NCBI RefSeq assembly: GCF_006345805.1
Contig: NW_021835278.1
Location: 1 to 41,272, forward strand
DNA from: Octopus sinensis
Lineage: Eukaryota
Direction of reading: 5' to 3'
Length of the DNA stretch: 41,272 nucleotides
A program made the position numbers and the translations under genes. The number at the start of each line of letters is the position of its first letter. Position 1 is the stretch's first letter. Below are positions 35,586-41,272 of this stretch, piece by piece. The notes under the pieces were generated by a model. That model had not been told where the DNA came from. It saw nothing but the letters and a program-made list of their open reading frames with translations, and did not search any database.

Positions 35586-36020
35586 TGGCTGTGTGATAAG
35601 TAGCTTGCTAACCAACCACATGGTTGCGGGTTCAGTCCCACTGCGTGGTATCTTGGGCAAGTGTCTTCTGCTATAGCCCCGGGCCGACCAATGCCTTGTG
35701 AGTGGATTTTATAGACGGAAACTGAAAGAAGCCTGTCGTATATATATAATATATATATCTATATATATATATATATTATAATATATATGTGTGTATGTGT
35801 GTGTTTGTGTGTTTGTGTGTCTGTGTTTGTCCCCCTAGCATTGCTTGACAACCGATGCTGGTGTGTTTACGTCCCCGTCACTTAGCGGTTCGGCAAAAGA
35901 GACCGATAGAATAAGTACTGGGCTTACAAAGAATAAGTCCCGTGGTCGATTTGCTCGACTAAAGGCGATGCTCCAGCATGGCCGCAGTCAAATGACTGAA
36001 ACAAGTGAAATAGTAAAAAT
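35585..36020 (+). mobile_element. SINE family A
   Basis: GTGGCTGTGTGATAAG head through GCAGTCAAATGACTGAAACAAG. Confidence 0.95.
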
Positions 36021-36052
36021 AGTATAGCACTGTAGTTGAAGATGAACCCACT

Positions 36053-36291
36053 TGTTGTTGCGGATGGGCCCCCTTAGTCTACTGGCGACAAATATTATTA
36101 GACCCAGTCCAACACTGTATAGACACACACACACTGTTATGGCGCACTTTCGGATGCCTTCTACTCAACTCGACTCTCTATCTCCGACTGCTACTCTACC
36201 CTGCTACTCCTCTGGCGACGTCTAACACTTCTTCCTCTATATCTACCTATTGGGCTAGTCTACTTCATCGTCTGGGGGCGTCTACACAACA
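36053..36291. mobile_element. Probable solo LTR
   Basis: Bounded by TGTTGT...ACAACA; flanks CACT/CACA (3 of 4 match); strand-skewed composition; no internal ORF. Confidence 0.45.
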
Positions 36292-36660
36292 CACACATAA
36301 ACATACGATGAACAGAAAAAATAACTAGAAATTTCATATAAAATTGTTTTGACAATCTTCGCAGAATAATAGATACAAATCTGTGTAAACAATCTAATTT
36401 ATAATTCATTAATTATAAGTATGATAAAACGGACTAAATCTTCATATTTTCAAGTGAATTCTTAAGTTTTGATATAATCTCTTTAGTGGAACAATAAATT
36501 AAGGGTGAAAATATTTCTGTGTATGAAAAATTTTGATAAATGTTTAATAAAATAAATAAAGATTAAACATTTAGAATTCTTTCTTGGTGTTTTATAAAGT
36601 AATTTATATTTATATGAAAATATATGTAAATATGTTGAATATAATTTCTAATAAGATAAA

Positions 36661-37492
36661 TACGAAGGTAATCTCAAAACTAAGGCCTCCAGCAATATTT
36701 AGATATCACCGAAACGTTTATTGTCAATGATGTTTATATCATTTTAAAGTTTGAATATTTATCTATATTTCTAGATAATCGCCTTTTCGGTCGATGCGTT
36801 TTTGTAGGCGATGGGGTAGTTTTTGTATGCACATGTCATTCCACCTCACCACCATGACATTGAGAAAACGTTGAACCTCACCTTTCACCTCGTCGGCGTT
36901 TAAAGAGCGTTCCGGCCTAACTTAGGGAAGAGGTGGTAGTCACTTCTGTGCTCTTCTGTGAGCATTCGTGGAATCCAACTTGCGCACACCTACCGATATT
37001 GCAACTTTTCACTCAAAACCCTATGAATGGTGCTTCGTGAAACCTCAGGAACCAACATGCGGAGATCATCCAGAGTGATCCGTCAATTTTCGCGCATGAT
37101 TTGCTTAACTTTCGTGACTGTTTCGTCAGAAATTAATGATCGCCGGCTTCAGTACGACAAACTGCAAACTCTCTACACCTCGCGCGGATGCTTTTGACAC
37201 CCATGCAGGACTCACCATACATCTCCGTTAATTGGCGATGAATTTCAATCGGTTTAATGCATTTTGCGTTAAAAAACCGAATAACTGCGCGAACTTCACA
37301 TCTGGTGTTAGCGTTAGTCGGGAGGTCCATCAGATACGACTGCGAAACCAATATTGAATGTGGCAGTAAGGAGCGCACAGGTGCAGGCACAGACGCATGC
37401 GCAACAAACACAACAGTTCTGCCAGTGGCCGCACGCACAGTTTCCTTGGGTCCCCAGCGTTTTGGAGATCTTACTTTGGGATTAACCTCGTA
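36661..37492 (-). mobile_element. Internally deleted mariner element with both TIRs and TA ends
   Basis: TIRs TACGAAGGTAATCTCAAAACTAAGGCCTCC (36661) and TACGAGGTTAATCCCAAAGTAAGATCTCC (from 37492, minus); ATG at 37330, MDLPTNANTRCEVRAVIRFFNAK...EIHRQL (HTH); WIPRMLTEEH fused to SDYHLFP. Confidence 0.9.
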
Positions 37493-37631
37493 CATATATC
37501 GTATTATATATAATATATATATCGTATGTATTTATATATATATATATACATACATACATACATATACACATATATATATATACATACATACATACATATA
37601 CATATATATATATATTATAATATATATATAA

Positions 37632-37751
37632 AATCAAAATAAGCAACAAGAATGACTCCGGTAATTTGGTACGATCGTTTGTACTACATCATCTTATGTA
37701 CGAAACGATCGTACCAAATTACCGGAGTCATTCTTGTTGCTTATTTTGATT
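37632..37751. repeat. Perfect 49-bp-arm palindrome, 22-nt spacer
   Basis: 37632-37680 is the exact reverse complement of 37703-37751. Confidence 0.97.
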
Positions 37752-37874
37752 ATAATCACCCCACGGATTTTCATGGATAACACCATACAGAATTCTGGTG
37801 CATCTAAATTAAGTACCATATTCATTTGAATCTAAATTTTTGCTGTACTGATATATATATATATATTATATATA

Positions 37875-37940
<66 letters not shown>

Positions 37941-38129
37941 TATTATATATTATATAAATAATATATATAATATATATATAAATATATATTCTGTATATAT
38001 ATATAAAATTAAAAAAGGGTAGAAATTGATATTAATCAATTAAAACCAGTGGCCTAGCATATTTAAAAAAAATCCGAAGATAAATATTTTTTACATACAA
38101 AATTTAGAGGACTGACCACTAAAAGTGGA

Positions 38130-38240
38130 TAGTTTATATGCCGAAGTCGACTTTGTCATGTATCCTTTCGCGGTCGATGAGATATATATACCAGCTTTGC
38201 ACTGGGGTAACAGTAATCGACTTGGCATTTCCACCAGATC
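38130..38240 (+). mobile_element. Degraded SINE family B body
   Basis: CCGAAGTCGACTTTGTCATGTATCCTTTCGCGGTCGATGA...CACTGGGG..AATCGACT. Confidence 0.7.
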
Positions 38241-39646
38241 TGCTGTCCAAAAATTATGATCATTCTTGATGGAACAATTTCAGAAATTAACTAAAGATTG
38301 ATTTCAAAATTTCATCGCATTCTTAAGTGGCTCTAAAAAAAATCCACCATATAGAATCACTGCGGTACCCTAAACGGAATTATGGGAGAAAGGCAGAAAT
38401 GCTATTAATAAAAATCCCATCAATATAATGATCTTTAAAACTTAAGGAGCACATTAAGGGATGGTAAATTTTAAAGTATACAATAACGCCTCAATTTTGG
38501 CTTTTATCATTCATACGTATTTCTTGACAGTTTACGTTAAACCTTAAATAAAAATGACATTCATTTTAGTTTTCGCTATTTTTAATATAATGCATCTTAT
38601 AATATCAAATAATGTAAACGTCATCCATTTTGTTGTATAATAAAGGCATACATTGATTCGATCCTTAAAAAGCATCGCCAAACTTTAGTGATTGGTTAAT
38701 AGGTACTTTATATTTAAATAAGACGATTAAATTGGGAATGCAAATATTTTAGCGCTGAAATATACAAGGAAATTATGGGCTAGAAAGCTGTTGAATATGT
38801 ATTCTTGTTGATGTGTGACCTGTTAGCATTTAAAGTTATCTAGCGATAAAAAAAGAAGCTGAAAGAGTAATAATGCGAAGGAATATAAAAAAATACATTT
38901 ATAAGGTTACGTATGGTGCCTGAAGCATTATAGCTTGGAAATACCTCGGGCTGAAACATCGGCAGCGAAAAGATAAAGGAGAGAACGATACCGTAATAAA
39001 AATGCTAATATCATTCATATAACGGAAAGTGAAAAGATGGGCCTTAGATATATTCTACATACATACATAAATACGTGCATATATATATATACATACATGA
39101 AAATATACATACGTGTTCACACACAGAAATGGTAGTAAATCGATAAGACACATTCCAGTAGATATGTAATCAAGTTTGCGAATAACAATAAGGGGCAAGA
39201 CATCCGTGTCACAGTGATATACGGAAAGAGCAGAGAAAAAGAGAGGAGAAAAATGGATTATTTAAGATTGATATTTTAAGACCGTTAATATTATGCGTAT
39301 CTTTCTTTCTTTCTTCTCTTCTTCTTTCCTTTCTTTCTTTTTCTCCCCTTCCCTCTCTCTGTATATATATATATATATATATAATATATATATATAATAT
39401 ATATATTATACATACATACATACATACATATATTATTATATATAATATATATATATATACACATCTATCAAGCTATCTGTTTTTCTAACTCTCTATATAC
39501 ATTTTAAGTAAATGTGTATATCCTTCATGCATATGTGTGTGTGTTTCTGTGTTTCTGTGTCTTTGCATGTGTGTGCATATATATGCATGTATGTATGTAT
39601 GTATGTATGTATGTATGTATGTATGTATGTATGATCTATTTATGTA

Positions 39647-40770
39647 TACAAAGGGTATCAAAGATATGAATACATATTTTTAACTGATGGTAGCAGCAAG
39701 ATTTTTCGTCTCTTTTTAGTTTTCATAGAATAGATATGACGGGAGTCGAACTAATCACTGGATGAAAGAAATTTGTCCTAAATTGTTCCTGGAAGTTTGA
39801 AAATGCGCCCGAATTGCAACGCCACTTTAGTGAGGAGTCGCAAGCATATCCTTGTACGTGATTTATCATTCGAATGAGAGAAAAGTTTGGAGAAATAGAT
39901 TGGAACGTTCACACCGCTCCCAAGAAATGATTCAGAACATGAGAGGCATCAAAGGGCTTCGCAAAGTATTCCACAACAGCCTGTGCGGCAAACAAATCGA
40001 GAGACAGTAATTAGAAATTCAAATATCCGTCAATTTTGAAGCGCTAACATTGGAAATGTATTTCAAGAAAACATGTTCTCAATGAAGATGATCGGGTTTC
40101 GAGGAGAGAGTGTTTTGCAATTGGTGTTAGCAAAAATTAAGAGAAGATGAACACGGTCACGTAACGATTGTTTGAATTGCTGAGGCCTAATTTAAATTAT
40201 TTTTACCTCCTGGAGTTCTTCGAATCTGCTTACTACAGAAAGAAATGTTAATGCGGCAATATTTAAAGTAGGGTTCAGCTTAATATGAAAAGGGTTTACT
40301 GCACCATGCCATTTTGACGATATTGTAACTGACAACATTTAATAGCGGAATAATCTGTTATGCCAAGCATTCGAGATATGGTTATGGAACTTCATATCTA
40401 GCAAGATGGAAGCATTTCCATAGAAACGCATTCATGGAAGGGCTTACTGTGTGATATTTTAATGGTGGATTCGGTTCAGAGGCTTAGTATAATACTGCCA
40501 CGTTTAACGGAATTCACACCACTGGACGTTGAAAGTTAAGGGAGGATATTGGACGAGAATACATGTACATACAGAAAGATATATCTCGGGATATTTGTAA
40601 AAGCCATTGTATAATATCACGAAAGGAGGCGTCCTATACAAAATAGGTTATATTCTGTTCGTAGACAAGATTTAAGCTATTCTAGAAAAAGAAATATGTT
40701 TTAATAAACACGAACGGTGAACTTTATGAATTTTATAATACAATGACTGCCAACATTCTGTGGGACACAT

Positions 40771-40775
<5 letters not shown>
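39647..40775 (+). mobile_element. Decayed Tc1/mariner-superfamily transposon
   Basis: From ATG 39736: KFVLNCSWKFENAPELQRHF..RMREKF; NEDD (40081); V*IAEA*FKL (VWSDEA.FKL-like); QDG (40402-40410); FTPLD (~40513); degenerate TA-started ends at 39647 and ~40775. Confidence 0.75.
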
Positions 40776-40848
<73 letters not shown>

Positions 40849-40862
40849 GATCTATCTATCTT

Positions 40863-40935
<73 letters not shown>

Positions 40936-40975
40936 ATATCTTTTTATTTATTTATCTACCTACCTATCTATCTAT
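40771..40975. repeat. (ATCT)n tract
   Basis: Direct reading. Confidence 0.96.
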
Positions 40976-41213
40976 CCCTATACACACACACACACGCACA
41001 CATATATAAAGATATATATCGTTGAAATTTATAGTAAAATAAAAAATGAAGACAGGTGTGGGATCCACAAGCAGGTGTTTTAGTTTGACGCTCGGGCAAA
41101 ATGAGAAGTGAAAATAAAAACAGAGATAAAATGGAAATAAAATGTGTACATTTCAGCGCTCCAGCATGGTGAATTACAAATATATATATATATACATATA
41201 CATATATATATAT

Positions 41214-41272
<59 letters not shown>

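Noticed and set aside
38925-38970. CTGAAGC...GCTGAAACATCGGCAG
   Set aside because: Core and cleavage triplet are both non-canonical.
117-41083. Most ORFs in the six-frame track (poly-IY, HT, CV, LS, poly-L/T/I, IYLS)
   Set aside because: They are translations of microsatellites lacking stop codons, not genes.

Overview
AT-rich, microsatellite-saturated eukaryotic DNA with no recognisable intact host gene. The tRNA-derived SINE families and simple-repeat load look like an Octopus (coleoid cephalopod) genome; this is family recognition from memory, not a database match. Nearly all ORFs in the track are artefacts of (TA)n, (CA)n, (GA)n, (CTA)n, (ATT)n and (ATCT)n tracts. The real coding signal is transposon debris: a HERO-like RLE retrotransposon 3' end (7067-7614) inserted with a 22-bp TSD into a SINE B-box, R4/Dong-like RLE fragments (6451-6588 and 22669-23130, the latter inside (TAA)n), a Tx1-like 3' end inside (ATCT)n (29914-30750), a CR1/L2-group-like tail, pogo-like, mariner and Tc1-like transposase relics, Helitron ends and a probable solo LTR. 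Four SINE families occur; I label them A-D. The most interesting non-coding signals are: (i) minimal type I hammerhead ribozyme motifs with palindromic helix III, one with a fully canonical core (34017-34106, minus); (ii) a SINE that occurs as head plus 184-bp concatemers bounded by a single TSD; (iii) seven fold-back or inverted-repeat elements, two centred on hammerhead-like parts and two sharing a 16-bp subterminal palindrome. Coordinates of degraded elements are approximate (about +/-10-20 bp).
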